Source: Alphaproteobacteria bacterium (GTDB lineage Bacteria; Pseudomonadota; Alphaproteobacteria; MPNO01; UBA830). Taken from it: DNA of 64,000 nt. Positions 39,277-63,530 of this stretch are shown piece after piece. Position 1 is the first letter of the stretch. The number at the start of each line of letters is the position of its first letter. The notes below the pieces were generated by a model that was not told the origin of the DNA, did not search any database, and saw only the letters and a program-made list of their open reading frames with translations. A program made the translations under genes and the position numbers. The stretch covers positions 2,144,001-2,208,000 of the forward strand of contig OZ251539.1 of NCBI GenBank assembly GCA_965243135.1, in the 5' to 3' direction.

Positions 39277-39591
39277 TCAATCGATTATCTCGCCCGAGCG
39301 CTTGGAGAACCTGACCTTGCGGCCGTCCTCGAGCGTGCGAAATCCGACCCGCGCGGGCGCGCCATCGGCCGGATCGACGAGCGACACGTTGGACAGGTGA
39401 ATCGGCATTTCCTTCTCCACGATGCCGCCCTGCTGCGTCTGGGTCTGCCGCTGATGCCGCTTCGCCACGTGGACCCCCTGCACGAGCGCACGCTCTTCCG
39501 CCGGCATCACCTTCAGCACGTTGCCCGTCTTCCCCTTGTCGCGTCCGGCGATCACGACGACCGTGTCGCCCTTCCTGATTCGCGCCGCCAT
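39277..39591 (-). CDS. rplX: 50S ribosomal protein L24
   Basis: [32 protein letters not shown]. Confidence 0.96.
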   Translation of the reverse strand: MAARIRKGDTVVVIAGRDKGKTGNVLKVMPAEERALVQGVHVAKRHQRQTQTQQGGIVEKEMPIHLSNVSLVDPADGAPARVGFRTLEDGRKVRFSKRSGEIID

Positions 39592-39593
39592 CT

Positions 39594-39962
39594 CTATATG
39601 ACCTCGGGCGCGAGCGAGACGATCTTCATGTATCGCCTGGCTCGCAATTCGCGCGTGACCGGCCCGAAGATGCGCGTTCCGATCGGCTCGTTCGCGTTGT
39701 TCAGCAGCACCGCCGCGTTGCGGTCGAACCTGATCGAGGTCCCGTCCTCGCGATGGATTTCCTTGGCCGTGCGAACGATGACGGCGCGGTGCACGTCGCC
39801 CTTCTTCACGCGTCCGCGCGGTATCGACTCCTTGACCGTCACCACGATCACGTCGCCGACCGTCGCCCAGCGGCGCTTCGAACCGCCCAGGACCCGGATG
39901 CACTGGACGCGCCGGGCGCCGGAATTGTCCGCGACGTCGAGACTGGATTCGGGGATGATCAT
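39594..39962 (-). CDS. rplN: 50S ribosomal protein L14
   Basis: [30 protein letters not shown]. Confidence 0.97.
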   Translation of the reverse strand: MIIPESSLDVADNSGARRVQCIRVLGGSKRRWATVGDVIVVTVKESIPRGRVKKGDVHRAVIVRTAKEIHREDGTSIRFDRNAAVLLNNANEPIGTRIFGPVTRELRARRYMKIVSLAPEVI

Positions 39963-40204
39963 CGGTCGGCCCCCTCCCCGAAGACCACCTCCCACGTCTT
40001 CGCCTTCGACACGGGAGCGCACTCGCGGATGCGGACCGATTCGCCCTGCCTGCACCTGTTCTCGGGATCGTGGGCCGCGAATTTCTTCGACCGCTGCACG
40101 ATCTTCTTGTACAGCGGATGCCGGACCTGGCGGTCGACCCGGACGATCACGGTCTTGTCCGGCTTGTCGGAAACCACGGTTCCCCGGAGTACGCGTCTGG
40201 GCAT
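39959..40204 (-). CDS. rpsQ: 30S ribosomal protein S17
   Basis: GTVVSDK.DKTV, HPLYKK, AHD, SKAKTW. Confidence 0.96.
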   Translation of the reverse strand: MPRRVLRGTVVSDKPDKTVIVRVDRQVRHPLYKKIVQRSKKFAAHDPENRCRQGESVRIRECAPVSKAKTWEVVFGEGADR

Positions 40205-40212
40205 GTCGTCTC

Positions 40213-40416
40213 CTATGACCCGGCCGCGAGGCGGCGTTCGTTGATGATCGTGCTTATGCGCGCGATGTCGCGCCGCACGCGGCGCACCCTCGCGGTCGAT
40301 TCGAGTTGCCCGGAGGCCCTCTGGAAGCGCAGATTGAGCCGCTCGCGCTTCAGGGCCTGCAGTTCGTCCATCAGCTCGTCGTCGGTCTTTTGGCGCAGGT
40401 CGGCGGCGATCGTCAT
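40213..40416 (-). CDS. rpmC: 50S ribosomal protein L29
   Basis: [20 protein letters not shown]. Confidence 0.95.
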   Translation of the reverse strand: MTIAADLRQKTDDELMDELQALKRERLNLRFQRASGQLESTARVRRVRRDIARISTIINERRLAAGS

Positions 40417-40420
40417 CGTC

Positions 40421-40837
40421 TCAGCTCCCCGCCAGGCGCGCCACGACCCGCGTCCGGATCGGCAGCTTCGCGGCGGCGAGTTCCAGCGCGATCTGCGCCA
40501 CCTCTTCCGTGACGCCGTCGATCTCGAACATGATCCGGCCCGGCTTGACGCGCGCCGCCCAGTATTCCGGCGTCCCCTTGCCCTTGCCCTGCCGCACCTC
40601 CGCCGGTTTCTGGGAGACCGGCACGTCGGGAAAGATGCGTATCCACACCCGCCCCGAACGCCGCATGTGGCGGGTGATGGCGCGGCGCGAGGCTTCGATC
40701 TGGCGCGCGGTCACGCGGCCCGGCGCGAGCGCCTTGAGGCCGAACGAGCCGAAGTTCAGCGTCGTCGCGCCCTTGGCCTTGCCCCTGATCCGCCCCTTGT
40801 GCGCCTTGCGGAACCTGGTTTTCTTCGGTGCCAGCAT
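40421..40837 (-). CDS. rplP: 50S ribosomal protein L16
   Basis: [31 protein letters not shown]. Confidence 0.97.
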   Translation of the reverse strand: MLAPKKTRFRKAHKGRIRGKAKGATTLNFGSFGLKALAPGRVTARQIEASRRAITRHMRRSGRVWIRIFPDVPVSQKPAEVRQGKGKGTPEYWAARVKPGRIMFEIDGVTEEVAQIALELAAAKLPIRTRVVARLAGS

Positions 40838-40849
40838 CCTTCCGAATCC

Positions 40850-41530
40850 CTAGCGGCTCACCTGCTGTTCCTGCGACCGCCGATCCTGGGCCATGGGGTC
40901 GTGCGAGAGGATCTCGCCCTTGAAGACCCAAACCTTCACGCCGCACGTTCCGTAGGTGGTGTGGGCGGTGGCGATTCCGTAATCGACGTCGGCGCGGAGC
41001 GTATGCAGCGGAACGCGGCCTTCCCGATACCACTCGGTGCGGGCGATCTCGGCCCCGCCCAGGCGTCCCGCGCAATTGATGCGGATGCCGTCGGCGCCGA
41101 GGCGGATGGCCGACTGCACGGCGCGCTTCATGGCGCGGCGGAACGTGACGCGGCGCTCGAGCTGCTGGGCGATGTTCTCGGCGACCAGCTTGGCGTCGAC
41201 TTCCGGTTTCCTGATCTCGACGATGTTGAGGTGAATTTCGCTTCGGGTCAGCTCCGAGACGTCGCGGCGGAGCTTCTCGATGTCGGCGCCCTTCTTGCCG
41301 ATCACGACGCCGGGCCGCGCCGAATGGATGGTCACGCGGGCCTTCTTGGCCGGCCGCTCGATGACCACCTTGCTGATGCCCGCCTGCGACAGCCGGCCGA
41401 GGAGGAACTCGCGCAGCTTGATGTCCTCGTGCAGGAGGTCGGCGTACTGGCCGTCGTTGGCGAACCAGCGCGAATCCCAGGTTCTGTTGATGCCGAGGCG
41501 CAGCCCGACCGGATTGACCTTCTGTCCCAT
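40850..41530 (-). CDS. rpsC: 30S ribosomal protein S3
   Basis: [43 protein letters not shown]. Confidence 0.97.
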   Translation of the reverse strand: MGQKVNPVGLRLGINRTWDSRWFANDGQYADLLHEDIKLREFLLGRLSQAGISKVVIERPAKKARVTIHSARPGVVIGKKGADIEKLRRDVSELTRSEIHLNIVEIRKPEVDAKLVAENIAQQLERRVTFRRAMKRAVQSAIRLGADGIRINCAGRLGGAEIARTEWYREGRVPLHTLRADVDYGIATAHTTYGTCGVKVWVFKGEILSHDPMAQDRRSQEQQVSR

Positions 41531-41910
41531 CACGCTTCCTCCCAGACTTCGCTCACCACGATCGTGAGGTTGCTGAACGGTTTGCGGATCCGGCCGACCC
41601 GGCCGCGGGCGCGGGCGCGAAGCCGCTTGATCACCAGCGACCGGCCGACGGTCGCCTCGGAAACGACGAGGCGGTCGACGTCGAGTTCGTGGTTGTTCTC
41701 CGCGTTGGCGATCGCCGCCTGCAGAACCTCCCGGACCGTGCCGGCGATGCGCTTGCGGGAGAAGCTCAGCTCGGCCAGCGCGGTTTCGACCGGCATCCCG
41801 CGGATCGACCGGGCCACGAGATTGAGCTTGCGCGGGCTGACCCGGACGTTCTTCAGAAAGGCCCGGGCCTGATGATCCTGGAGGCGGCGCATCCGCGAGA
41901 CCTTGCCCAT
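41530..41910 (-). CDS. rplV: 50S ribosomal protein L22
   Basis: [22 protein letters not shown]. Confidence 0.96.
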   Translation of the reverse strand: MGKVSRMRRLQDHQARAFLKNVRVSPRKLNLVARSIRGMPVETALAELSFSRKRIAGTVREVLQAAIANAENNHELDVDRLVVSEATVGRSLVIKRLRARARGRVGRIRKPFSNLTIVVSEVWEEA

Positions 41911-41911
41911 G

Positions 41912-42190
41912 TCAGCCTCTTCTCGCCTTCTTGTCGGCGGCGTGGCCGTAATAGGTGCGGGTCGGCGCGAACTCGCCGAACTTGTGCCCGACCATGTTCT
42001 CCGTCACCAGAACGGGAATGTGCTTGCGGCCGTTGTGCACGCCGAAGGTCAGGCCGACGAACTGCGGCAGGATGACCGACCGCCGCGACCACGTCCGGAT
42101 GATGTCCTTGCGGCCGGACGCGCGCACCTTGTCCGCCTTCTTCAGAAGGTAGCCGTCGACGAACGGGCCTTTCCAGACTGAACGGGCCAC
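41912..42190 (-). CDS. rpsS: 30S ribosomal protein S19
   Basis: [29 protein letters not shown]. Confidence 0.97.
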   Translation of the reverse strand: MARSVWKGPFVDGYLLKKADKVRASGRKDIIRTWSRRSVILPQFVGLTFGVHNGRKHIPVLVTENMVGHKFGEFAPTRTYYGHAADKKARRG

Positions 42191-42205
42191 TGCCCCTCTC
42201 CTCGC

Positions 42206-43036
42206 TTACTTCTTCTTCCGCCGCCGGCGCATGATCAACGCGTCGGACGGCTTTTTCCGGCGCGTGCGCGCGCCCTTGGTCGGCTTGCCCCAAGGCGAGA
42301 CCGGGTGGCGGCCGCCGGAGCTGCGCCCTTCGCCGCCGCCGTGCGGATGGTCGACCGGGTTCATGGCGACGCCGCGGACCTTGGGCCTCTTGCCAAGCCA
42401 GCGGTTGCGGCCGGCCTTGGCGAGATTGACGTTCTGGTTGTCCGGATTGGACACCGCGCCGACCGTCGCCATGCAGCGGGCGGGGACCATTCGGAGTTCG
42501 CCCGAGGCGAGGCGCAACTGCGCGAATCCGGAGTCCTTGCCGATCAGCTGCACGTAGGTGCCCGCCGCGCGCGCGATCTGCCCGCCGCGGCCGGGCTTCA
42601 TCTCGACGTTGTGAACGATGGTGCCGACCGGCATGTTCTCCATCGGCATCGCGTTGCCCGGCTTGATGTCGGCGCGGTCCGCCGCGATCACGACGTCGCC
42701 TTCCTTCAGCCGCTGCGGCGCGAGAATGTAGGCCTGCTCCCCGTCCTCGTAGTCGACGAGCGCGATGAAGGCGGACCGGTTCGGATCGTATTCCAGCCGC
42801 CGAACGGCGCCGGGAACCCCGAACTTCGAGCGCCTGAAGTCGATCTTCCGGTACAGCCGCTTGTGGCCGCCGCCGCGGCGACGCTGGGTGATGCGCCCCT
42901 TGTTGTTGCGGCCGCCGCTCTTGCCCTGCCCCTCGGTCAGAGCCTTCACCGGCTTGCCCTTCCACAACCCGGACCGATCGACGAGCACCAGGCCGCGCGT
43001 GGCCGGGGTCGTCGGCTTGTACTGTTTCAGCGCCAT
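42206..43036 (-). CDS. rplB: 50S ribosomal protein L2
   Basis: [38 protein letters not shown]. Confidence 0.98.
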   Translation of the reverse strand: MALKQYKPTTPATRGLVLVDRSGLWKGKPVKALTEGQGKSGGRNNKGRITQRRRGGGHKRLYRKIDFRRSKFGVPGAVRRLEYDPNRSAFIALVDYEDGEQAYILAPQRLKEGDVVIAADRADIKPGNAMPMENMPVGTIVHNVEMKPGRGGQIARAAGTYVQLIGKDSGFAQLRLASGELRMVPARCMATVGAVSNPDNQNVNLAKAGRNRWLGKRPKVRGVAMNPVDHPHGGGEGRSSGGRHPVSPWGKPTKGARTRRKKPSDALIMRRRRKKK

Positions 43037-43359
43037 CAGATTCCCGTCGTCACGTCGAGCGAATGGCCTTCCTCGAGCGTGACGATCGCCTTCTTGTAGT
43101 CGGACCGACGGCCGGGACGGCCGCGAAAACGCTTGACCTTGCCGTTCTGGCGGATGGTGTTCACCGCTTTCACCTTGACCTTGAACAGTTCCTCGACGGC
43201 GGCCCGTATGACCGGCTTGGTCGCCGAAAGCGGAACCCGGAAGGTGACCTGGTTGAATTCCGAGCCGAGCGTGGCCTTTTCGGTGATGACCGGCGACAGA
43301 ACGACGTCGCAGGCGGACATCGGCGAAATCCTGACCGAACGATGGTACTTCCAGCTCAC
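43036..43359 (-). CDS. rplW: 50S ribosomal protein L23
   Basis: [25 protein letters not shown]; GTG start overlapping the rplD stop (start approximate). Confidence 0.93.
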   Translation of the reverse strand: MSWKYHRSVRISPMSACDVVLSPVITEKATLGSEFNQVTFRVPLSATKPVIRAAVEELFKVKVKAVNTIRQNGKVKRFRGRPGRRSDYKKAIVTLEEGHSLDVTTGI

Positions 43360-43976
43360 GACAGGCGCTCCTGCAGGTAGGCGGCCGCGTCCTTCGTGAG
43401 GACCAGCATGTTGCGCCGCAGAATGTCGTAGACGTTGACGCCCTGCTGCGGCATCACGTCGATGCCCGGCAGGTTCGCGGCGGCGCGCGCGAAATTGGCA
43501 TCCACTTCCGGGCCGGTGACGATCAGCGCGTTCCGCCAGCCGAGAGCGGCGAACTTCTCCGCGAGGTCCCGCGTCTTCGCTTCGGGCAGCGCGGCGGAGT
43601 CCAGGATGACGAGCCGGTCGTCGGCGCGCTTCCCCGACAGCGCCGACCGGAGCGCGAGCCGCCTGACCTTTTTGGGGAGCTTGTGGCCGTGGTCGCGAAC
43701 GACGGGACCGAACGACACTCCGCCGCCGCGGAACTGCGTCGCCCGCGTCGATCCCGCGCGGGCGCGTCCGGTTCCCTTCTGCCGGTAGGGCTTGGCGGTG
43801 GTGCCCCTGACTTCGCTGACGGTCTTGACCTTGTGCGTTCCGGCGCGGCGCTTCGCGAGCTGCCACCTCACCGCGCGCGCGACGAGGTCGGTCCTCACGT
43901 CGGCGCCGAAGACGGCGTCCGCAAGCTCGACGGAGCCGGCGGTTTCGTTGTCGAGCGTGAGCACGTCGAATTTCAT
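43356..43976 (-). CDS. rplD: 50S ribosomal protein L4
   Basis: [31 protein letters not shown]. Confidence 0.97.
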   Translation of the reverse strand: MKFDVLTLDNETAGSVELADAVFGADVRTDLVARAVRWQLAKRRAGTHKVKTVSEVRGTTAKPYRQKGTGRARAGSTRATQFRGGGVSFGPVVRDHGHKLPKKVRRLALRSALSGKRADDRLVILDSAALPEAKTRDLAEKFAALGWRNALIVTGPEVDANFARAAANLPGIDVMPQQGVNVYDILRRNMLVLTKDAAAYLQERLS

Positions 43977-43980
43977 GGCG

Positions 43981-44709
43981 TCACGCCCCTTCCGCCGCGG
44001 CCGCCTCGGCGGGCGGCTCGTCCGCCGCGCCCGACGGCGCCCTGACGGACCCCGGGAAGGGAACGCCTTCGGGAAGCGGGCGCTTGCGCGCGTCGGTCAC
44101 CTCCACCCAGGTCCCGTCGTGGCCGGGCACGCCGCCTTTGACCATGATCAGGCCGCGTTCGGGATCGGTCCGGACGACGAGCAGGTTCTGCACGGTGACT
44201 CGCCGCGCGCCCATGTGGCCGGCCATCTTCTTTCCCTTGAAGACCTTGCCGGGGTCCTGGGAGTTGCCGGTGGAGCCGTGGCTCCTGTGGCTGATCGAGA
44301 CGCCGTGCGTGGCTTCGAGGCCGCCGAAATTATGCCGCTTCATGCCGCCCGCGAAGCCCTTGCCGATCGACGTGGCCGCCACGTCCACGAACTGGCCGTC
44401 GACGAAGTGGTCCGCGACGATTTCCGCCCCGACTTCGAGCACGGCGTCGTCGGCCACCCTGAACTCGGCGAGCCGGCGCTTCGGCTCGACGTTCGCGCGC
44501 GCGAAATGCCCGCGCATCGGCTTCGAGACGTTCTTCGGCTTCGCGGCGCCGGCGCCGACCTGGAGGGCCCTGTAGCCGTGCTTTTCAGGGGTCTTCACGT
44601 CGACCACCTGGCAGGAATCGACCTGCAGCACGGTAACCGGCACGTGCCGGCCGTCTTCGGTGAAGACGCGGGTCATTCCGACCTTCCGCGCCAGGAGTCC
44701 CGAACGCAT
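43981..44709 (-). CDS. rplC: 50S ribosomal protein L3
   Basis: [38 protein letters not shown]. Confidence 0.97.
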   Translation of the reverse strand: MRSGLLARKVGMTRVFTEDGRHVPVTVLQVDSCQVVDVKTPEKHGYRALQVGAGAAKPKNVSKPMRGHFARANVEPKRRLAEFRVADDAVLEVGAEIVADHFVDGQFVDVAATSIGKGFAGGMKRHNFGGLEATHGVSISHRSHGSTGNSQDPGKVFKGKKMAGHMGARRVTVQNLLVVRTDPERGLIMVKGGVPGHDGTWVEVTDARKRPLPEGVPFPGSVRAPSGAADEPPAEAAAAEGA

Positions 44710-44718
44710 CGCCCGCTC

Positions 44719-45027
44719 CTACAGCTTGATCTCGACGTCGACGCCGGCCGCGAGATCCAGCTTCATCAACGCGTCGACCGTCTGCGGGGTCGGGTCGACG
44801 ATGTCGAGGAGCCGCTTGTGCGTCCGGATCTCGAACTGTTCGCGCGACTTCTTGTCGACGTGCGGCGAGCGCAGCACGGTGTATTTCTCGATCCTGGTCG
44901 GCAGCGGGATGGGGCCGCGCACCTCCGCTCCGGTCCGCTTGGCGGTGTCGACGATCTCGCCCGTCGACGCGTCGAGGACGCGGTGGTCGAAGGCCTTGAG
45001 CCTTATGCGGATGTTCTGGCTGTCCAT
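44719..45027 (-). CDS. rpsJ: 30S ribosomal protein S10
   Basis: [34 protein letters not shown]. Confidence 0.98.
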   Translation of the reverse strand: MDSQNIRIRLKAFDHRVLDASTGEIVDTAKRTGAEVRGPIPLPTRIEKYTVLRSPHVDKKSREQFEIRTHKRLLDIVDPTPQTVDALMKLDLAAGVDVEIKL

Positions 45028-45034
45028 GGCTTCG

Positions 45035-46225
<1,191 letters not shown>

Positions 46226-46239
46226 AAGTCGCCTTCCCC

Positions 46240-48309
<2,070 letters not shown>

Positions 48310-48332
48310 GGCCGGAAGTCCCGTCTTTCCCT

Positions 48333-48815
<483 letters not shown>

Positions 48816-49187
48816 CTATTTCGGCCGCTTGGCGCCGTATTTGGAGCGGCGCTGGCGGCGGTCCGACACCCCCTGGGTGTCGAGCGCGCCGCGGATGATG
48901 TGGTAGCGGACGCCGGGAAGATCCTTGACGCGGCCGCCGCGGATCATCACCACGGAGTGCTCCTGCAGGTTGTGTCCCTCGCCCGGAATGTAGCTGGTCA
49001 CCTCGAACCCGTTCGTCAGCCTCACGCGCGCCACCTTGCGCAGCGCCGAGTTCGGCTTCTTGGGAGTCGTGGTGTAGACCCGCGTACAAGCGCCGCGCTT
49101 CTGCGGACACTTTTCCATGGCCGGCACCTTGTTGCGCGAGACCTTGGCCTTGCGCGGCTTGCGTATCAATTGGTTGATCGTCGGCAC
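48816..49187 (-). CDS. rpsL: 30S ribosomal protein S12
   Basis: [22 protein letters not shown]; GTG start. Confidence 0.98.
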   Translation of the reverse strand: MPTINQLIRKPRKAKVSRNKVPAMEKCPQKRGACTRVYTTTPKKPNSALRKVARVRLTNGFEVTSYIPGEGHNLQEHSVVMIRGGRVKDLPGVRYHIIRGALDTQGVSDRRQRRSKYGAKRPK

Positions 49188-49327
49188 GCTGTCCGTTCCC
49201 CAATGCGCGGGCGTTCAAGCCGGCGTCGCCGCCGTTGCCAGCCAGGCCGGCTTACAACCCACGCTGTTTTCTGATCCTGCTTTCTTCCGTCCGGCGCCGC
49301 CGCGCGCCCGGCCCGGTCGAGGGGCGC

Positions 49328-49356
49328 AATATAGCGACGCGATTCCGCCCCGTCAA
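49328..49356 (-). promoter_or_regulatory. Sigma70 promoter of the str operon
   Basis: TTGACG-N17-TATATT on the minus strand in the rpoC-rpsL gap. Confidence 0.7.
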
Positions 49357-49385
49357 CACGTTTTCTCCGTTTTCTCGCGCGGGCG

Positions 49386-53543
<4,158 letters not shown>

Positions 53544-53585
53544 CGACCGTCTCCTTCCGGTCCGGCGCGCCGGACCGCGGGTTCG

Positions 53586-58079
<4,494 letters not shown>

Positions 58080-58115
58080 GGAGACCTCTCGCGAATTGGG
58101 TAACGGAAAGCGCGG

Positions 58116-58493
58116 CTACTTGACCTCGACGGTCGCGCCGACCTCTTCCAGCTTGGCCTTGATCTGTTCCGCCTCGTCCTTGCCGACGGCTTCCTTGACC
58201 GTCCGCGGCGCGCCTTCGACCAGTTCCTTGGCTTCCTTGAGCCCGAGGCCGGTGACGGCGCGCACTTCCTTGATGACGTTGATCTTCTTTTCGCCGAAGG
58301 ACGCGAGGACGACGTCGAACTCGACCTGCTCCTCGACTTGCTCGGCGGCCGCTTCGGCGCCGCCGGCCGCGGCGACGGCGACCGGCGCGGCCGCGGACAC
58401 GCCCCACTTCTCCTCGAGCATCCTGGAAAGCTCGGCGGCTTCCAGTACGGTCAGGGCGGACAGGTCCTCTACGATCTGTTGCAGTTCAGCCAT
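58116..58493 (-). CDS. rplL: 50S ribosomal protein L7/L12
   Basis: [41 protein letters not shown]. Confidence 0.97.
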   Translation of the reverse strand: MAELQQIVEDLSALTVLEAAELSRMLEEKWGVSAAAPVAVAAAGGAEAAAEQVEEQVEFDVVLASFGEKKINVIKEVRAVTGLGLKEAKELVEGAPRTVKEAVGKDEAEQIKAKLEEVGATVEVK

Positions 58494-58540
58494 TTCACGT
58501 TTCTCCTGGATTGGTCGTGGTGTTCAGCGTTCGGCATGGG

Positions 58541-59071
58541 CTACCGCTGCGCGGCGCCTTCTTTCTCCTGCCCTGCATAGGCCGCGAGCGCGCGGGCGAG
58601 CTGTCCGCCGGGGGCCTGCACGGCCGCGGCGATGCGGGCGGCCGGCGTGCGGATCGTGCCGACGATTCGCGCCCGCAACTCGTCGAGCGACGGCAACCTG
58701 GCGAGCGCGGCGACCTCGGCCGCGTCGAGCGCGCGGTTGTCGAGTCCGCCGCCGAGGATGACGAACTTGCGGTTGTCCTCCGAGAACCGGACGGCCGCGC
58801 GCGCGGCGGCGACCGGATCGTCCGAACAGGCGATCGCGGTCTGGCCGGCGAACAGCCCGCTCAGGGCCTCGAAGCCGGTGCCCTCCAGCGCGCGGCGGGT
58901 GAGCCGGTTCTTGGTCACCCTGAAGCTGGCGCCCTCCTCGCGCATCCGGCGGCGCAGTTCCGTAGACTCCGCGACCGTGAGGCCCTTCGGGCAGGTGACG
59001 ACGACGAGCGTCGCCGCCGACAGCGCATCGCGCAGCGACGCGACGACCTCTTCCTTGCGTGTCCGATCCAC
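58541..59071 (-). CDS. rplJ: 50S ribosomal protein L10
   Basis: GLTVAE..LRR, VTKNRL, LARLPSLDELRA; GTG start with AAGGAG RBS. Confidence 0.95.
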   Translation of the reverse strand: MDRTRKEEVVASLRDALSAATLVVVTCPKGLTVAESTELRRRMREEGASFRVTKNRLTRRALEGTGFEALSGLFAGQTAIACSDDPVAAARAAVRFSEDNRKFVILGGGLDNRALDAAEVAALARLPSLDELRARIVGTIRTPAARIAAAVQAPGGQLARALAAYAGQEKEGAAQR

Positions 59072-59138
59072 TCGGAACGTCTCCTTCGCGTGGGGGCGGG
59101 CGCCTCGGGCGCCGCTCTCCCGGTTCAGGTCCGGCCGG

Positions 59139-59831
59139 TCAGCCTTGCGCGGCGCGCTCGAGCAGCGGCGCCACCTCGAGTCCGACTCCCGGGCCCATGG
59201 TCGAGGAAAGCGAAACCTTCCTGACGTACGAGCCCTTGGCGCCCGAAGGCTTGGCCTTGTTCACCGCGTCGACCAGGGCGCAGACGTTCTCCGCGATGTG
59301 CGACTCGGGGAAGCTGACCTTGCCGACCCCGGCATGAACGATGCCCGCCTTTTCCACCCGGAACTGGACCTGGCCGCCCTTGGCGTCGCGCACGGCCTTC
59401 CCGACGTCCTGGGTGACGGTGCCGAGCTTCGGGTTGGGCATCAGGCCGCGCGGGCCGAGCACCTTTCCGAGCTTGCCGACCACGGGCATCATGTCGGGCG
59501 TCGCGATGCATCTGTGGAAATCGATGTCGCCGCCGCGGATGGTTTCCGCGAGATCCTCGGCCCCGACGACGTCCGCGCCCGCCTCGCGCGCCTGGTCGGC
59601 CTGCTCGCCGCGGGCGAAGACGGCCACGCGGGTTTCCTTTCCGGTTCCCCGGGGCAGCGAAACCATGCCTCTGACCATCTGGTCGGCGTGGCGCGGGTCG
59701 ACGCCCAGGTTCATGGAAATCTCGACGGTCTCGTCGAATTTCGCGCGGGCGTTTTCCTTCACCAGCTTGACCGCGTCGTCGAGCGCGTGCAACGCGCCGC
59801 CGTCCTTCGGCGTCGATTTCTTCTTCGCCAT
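59139..59831 (-). CDS. rplA: 50S ribosomal protein L1
   Basis: [36 protein letters not shown]. Confidence 0.97.
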   Translation of the reverse strand: MAKKKSTPKDGGALHALDDAVKLVKENARAKFDETVEISMNLGVDPRHADQMVRGMVSLPRGTGKETRVAVFARGEQADQAREAGADVVGAEDLAETIRGGDIDFHRCIATPDMMPVVGKLGKVLGPRGLMPNPKLGTVTQDVGKAVRDAKGGQVQFRVEKAGIVHAGVGKVSFPESHIAENVCALVDAVNKAKPSGAKGSYVRKVSLSSTMGPGVGLEVAPLLERAAQG

Positions 59832-59835
59832 CGCC

Positions 59836-60264
59836 TCACTCCTGCACCTGGATGCCCATGGACCGCGCCGAACCCGACAGGATGCGCACCGCCGCGTCGG
59901 CGTCGTTGGCGTTGAGATCCGGCATCTTGGTTTCCGCGATCTCGCGCAGCTGCGCGACCGTCACCGCGCCCGCCACCTGCGCGCCGGGCATTTGCGCGCC
60001 CTTGGGCACGCGGGCCGCCTTCTTGATGAACCAGGACGCGGGCGGCGTCTTCGTCTCGAAGGAGAACGACTTGTCGGCGTAGACCGTGATCAAGGTCGGT
60101 ATCGGCACGCCGGGCTCCTGGTTCTGGGTGTGGGCGTTGAACGTCTTGCAGAACTCCATGATGTTGACCTGGGCCTGGCCGAGCGCGGGACCGATCGGCG
60201 GCGACGGGGTCGCCTGTCCGGCCGGTATCTGCAGTTTGATGTAGCCTTGGATTCTTTTCGCCAT
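59836..60264 (-). CDS. rplK: 50S ribosomal protein L11
   Basis: [41 protein letters not shown]. Confidence 0.97.
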   Translation of the reverse strand: MAKRIQGYIKLQIPAGQATPSPPIGPALGQAQVNIMEFCKTFNAHTQNQEPGVPIPTLITVYADKSFSFETKTPPASWFIKKAARVPKGAQMPGAQVAGAVTVAQLREIAETKMPDLNANDADAAVRILSGSARSMGIQVQE

Positions 60265-60329
60265 CGCCGCGTTCCGCCTGCGCTGTTTCGCGCCGCCATG
60301 CGGCGCCTCGATCGCCCCCGCGAGGGGGT

Positions 60330-60881
60330 TCAGAGCTTTTCGACCTGCCCGTACTCGAGTTCGACCGGGGTCGCCCGGCCGAAGATCGACACCGACACCT
60401 TCAGCCGCGCCCGCTCTTCGTCGACGTCCTCGACCATCGCGTTGAACGACGTGAAGGGGCCGTCCGACACCCGCACCTGTTCGCCGACGTCGAAGGTGAT
60501 GGACGGCTTCGGCCGTTCGACGCCTTCCTTCACCTGGTGCATGATGCGCTGCACCTCGGCGTCGGACATCGGAACCGGGTTGTTGCCGGCGCCGAGAAAT
60601 CCGGACACCTTGGGCGTGTCCTTCACGAGGTGCCACGCCTCGTCGTTCATCGCGCTGCCGCTTTCGTTCAGTTCGATCTTGGCCAGCACGTAGCCCGGAA
60701 AGAACTTGCGTTCCGCGTTCACCTTCGCGCCGCGCCGCAGCTGCACGACCTCTTCCATGGGCACGAGGACCTCCTGGATGACGTCGTCCAGCCCCATCTG
60801 GCCCGACTGGTCGCGAATCGACTGCGCCACCTTGTTCTCGAAGCCGGAATAGACGTGGATCACGTACCACTTCGCCGCCAT
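60330..60881 (-). CDS. nusG: Transcription termination/antitermination factor NusG
   Basis: [45 protein letters not shown]. Confidence 0.97.
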   Translation of the reverse strand: MAAKWYVIHVYSGFENKVAQSIRDQSGQMGLDDVIQEVLVPMEEVVQLRRGAKVNAERKFFPGYVLAKIELNESGSAMNDEAWHLVKDTPKVSGFLGAGNNPVPMSDAEVQRIMHQVKEGVERPKPSITFDVGEQVRVSDGPFTSFNAMVEDVDEERARLKVSVSIFGRATPVELEYGQVEKL

Positions 60882-60882
60882 C

Positions 60883-61080
60883 CTAGCCTCCGAGACCCAA
60901 GATCGCCTTGACGCCCACCGACAGCACCTGGTCGACCAGGAGGAAGAACACGGCGGAGATCGCGACGAAGATGAAGACCATCACGGTCGTCACCAGCGTT
61001 TCGCGGCGCGACGGCCAGGTGACCTTCGCCACCTCGCGCCGCACCTGCTGCACGAATTCGCCCGGGTTCGTCTTCGCCAT
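60883..61080 (-). CDS. secE: Preprotein translocase SecE
   Basis: QQVRREVAKVTWPSRRE followed by one TM helix. Confidence 0.93.
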   Translation of the reverse strand: MAKTNPGEFVQQVRREVAKVTWPSRRETLVTTVMVFIFVAISAVFFLLVDQVLSVGVKAILGLGG

Positions 61081-61104
61081 GGCTTTCTTTCCTGCGCTGC
61101 CGCA

Positions 61105-61180
61105 TGGCAGGAGTGGAGGGGCTCGAACCCCCAACCCCCGGTTTTGGAGACCGGTGCTCTGCCAGTTGAGCTACACTCCT
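61105..61180 (-). tRNA. tRNA-Trp(CCA)
   Basis: AGGAGTGTAGCTCAACTGGCAGAGCACCGGTCTCCAAAACCGGGGGTTGGGGGTTCGAGCCCCTCCACTCCTGCCA. Confidence 0.97.
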
Positions 61181-61190
61181 AGCGTCGCGG

Positions 61191-62381
<1,191 letters not shown>

Positions 62382-62426
62382 TTCCGTACCCTTGTGCAGT
62401 CAGTCGCGCGAAGCCGCGCCGAGGTC

Positions 62427-62500
62427 TGGAGCGGGTGAAGGGAATCGAACCCTCGTCGTAAGCTTGGAAGGCTTCTGCTCTACCATTGAGCTACACCCGC
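62427..62500 (-). tRNA. tRNA-Gly(TCC)
   Basis: GCGGGTGTAGCTCAATGGTAGAGCAGAAGCCTTCCAAGCTTACGACGAGGGTTCGATTCCCTTCACCCGCTCCA. Confidence 0.97.
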
Positions 62501-62558
62501 TTCTTCATGGCCGCGTCCTCCCGACGCTTCCGGCCGTCCCGTTCCGTCCGCTGGCATC

Positions 62559-62643
62559 TGGTGGAGGGAGTTGGATTCGAACCAACGTAGGCAAAGCCAA
62601 CGGATTTACAGTCCGCCCCCTTTAACCGCTCGGGCATCCCTCC
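62559..62643 (-). tRNA. tRNA-Tyr(GTA)
   Basis: GGAGGGATGCCCGAGCGGTTAAAGGGGGCGGACTGTAAATCCGTTGGCTTTGCCTACGTTGGTTCGAATCCAACTCCCTCCACCA, with a long variable arm. Confidence 0.97.
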
Positions 62644-62652
62644 GCGAAACCC

Positions 62653-62682
62653 AGAATAGCCGATCCGGCACCCGTTCGTCAA
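62653..62682 (-). promoter_or_regulatory. Sigma70 promoter of the tRNA-Tyr/Gly-tuf operon
   Basis: TTGACG-N18-TATTCT immediately upstream of tRNA-Tyr. Confidence 0.65.
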
Positions 62683-62783
62683 CGCCGAAAAACGCGCAAC
62701 CGACTCTGGCCCCCGTCGCGCGTCGGCTCCGGGGGTCGCGGCCGGTTTGCCCGTTCATTTCGGGGAATATAGAGTGTCCCGCG

Positions 62784-63530
62784 ATGCGGGGCAAGCGAAA
62801 AATCAGAGGCGGCGCGCAGCGGTCGCGATCGCCGGAAAACGGCCCCGCATGGCTCTTCGGCAGGCACGCGGTCGCGGCGGCGCTGGCGAATCCGGCGCGG
62901 CGGCGGCGGCGGCTCCTCGCGACCGCCGAGGGGGCCGCGCGACTCCCGGCCGCGGACGCGGAAATCGTCGAGCGCCCGGTCCTCGAAGCCGCGCTGCCGG
63001 CGGGGGCCGTGCATCAGGGCGTGGCGCTGCTGGCCGACCCGCTGCCGGAGGTTCGTCTCGCCGACGTCGCGGCGCGGTCGCCTGAGCGAGCCGCGATGGT
63101 GGCGCTCGACCAGGTTACCGATCCGCGCAACGTCGGCGCGGTGCTGCGGTCGGCCGGCGCCTTCGGGGCGTCCGCCGTGATCGTCGCCGACCGCCATGCG
63201 CCGGAGGCGACGGGAACGTTGGCCAAGGCGGCGTCCGGCGCGCTGGAAACGGTGCCGCTGGCGCGGGCGGGAAATTTGGCGCGGGCGTTGCGAACGCTGA
63301 AGGAGGCGGGCTTCTGGATCGTCGGGCTGGACGCCGAAGCCCCGCAGGATCTGGCCGATCCGCCGGCGCGCTGCGCGCTGGTTCTCGGCGCGGAAGGAAC
63401 CGGCTTGCGGCGGCTGACGCGCGAAACCTGCGACCTGACGGCGCGCGTCGCCGGCGCGGGAGGAAGCCTCAACGTCTCGGCGACCGCTGCGGTCGCGCTT
63501 TACGAGTGGTCGACGCGAGGCGGGCGGTAA
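62784..63530 (+). CDS. rlmB: TrmH/SpoU-family rRNA methyltransferase (RlmB-like)
   Basis: LFGRHAVAAAL, HQGVAL, LDQVTDPRNVGAVLRSA, KAASGA, LGAEGTGLR, SLNVS. Confidence 0.85.
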   Translation: MRGKRKIRGGAQRSRSPENGPAWLFGRHAVAAALANPARRRRRLLATAEGAARLPAADAEIVERPVLEAALPAGAVHQGVALLADPLPEVRLADVAARSPERAAMVALDQVTDPRNVGAVLRSAGAFGASAVIVADRHAPEATGTLAKAASGALETVPLARAGNLARALRTLKEAGFWIVGLDAEAPQDLADPPARCALVLGAEGTGLRRLTRETCDLTARVAGAGGSLNVSATAAVALYEWSTRGGR

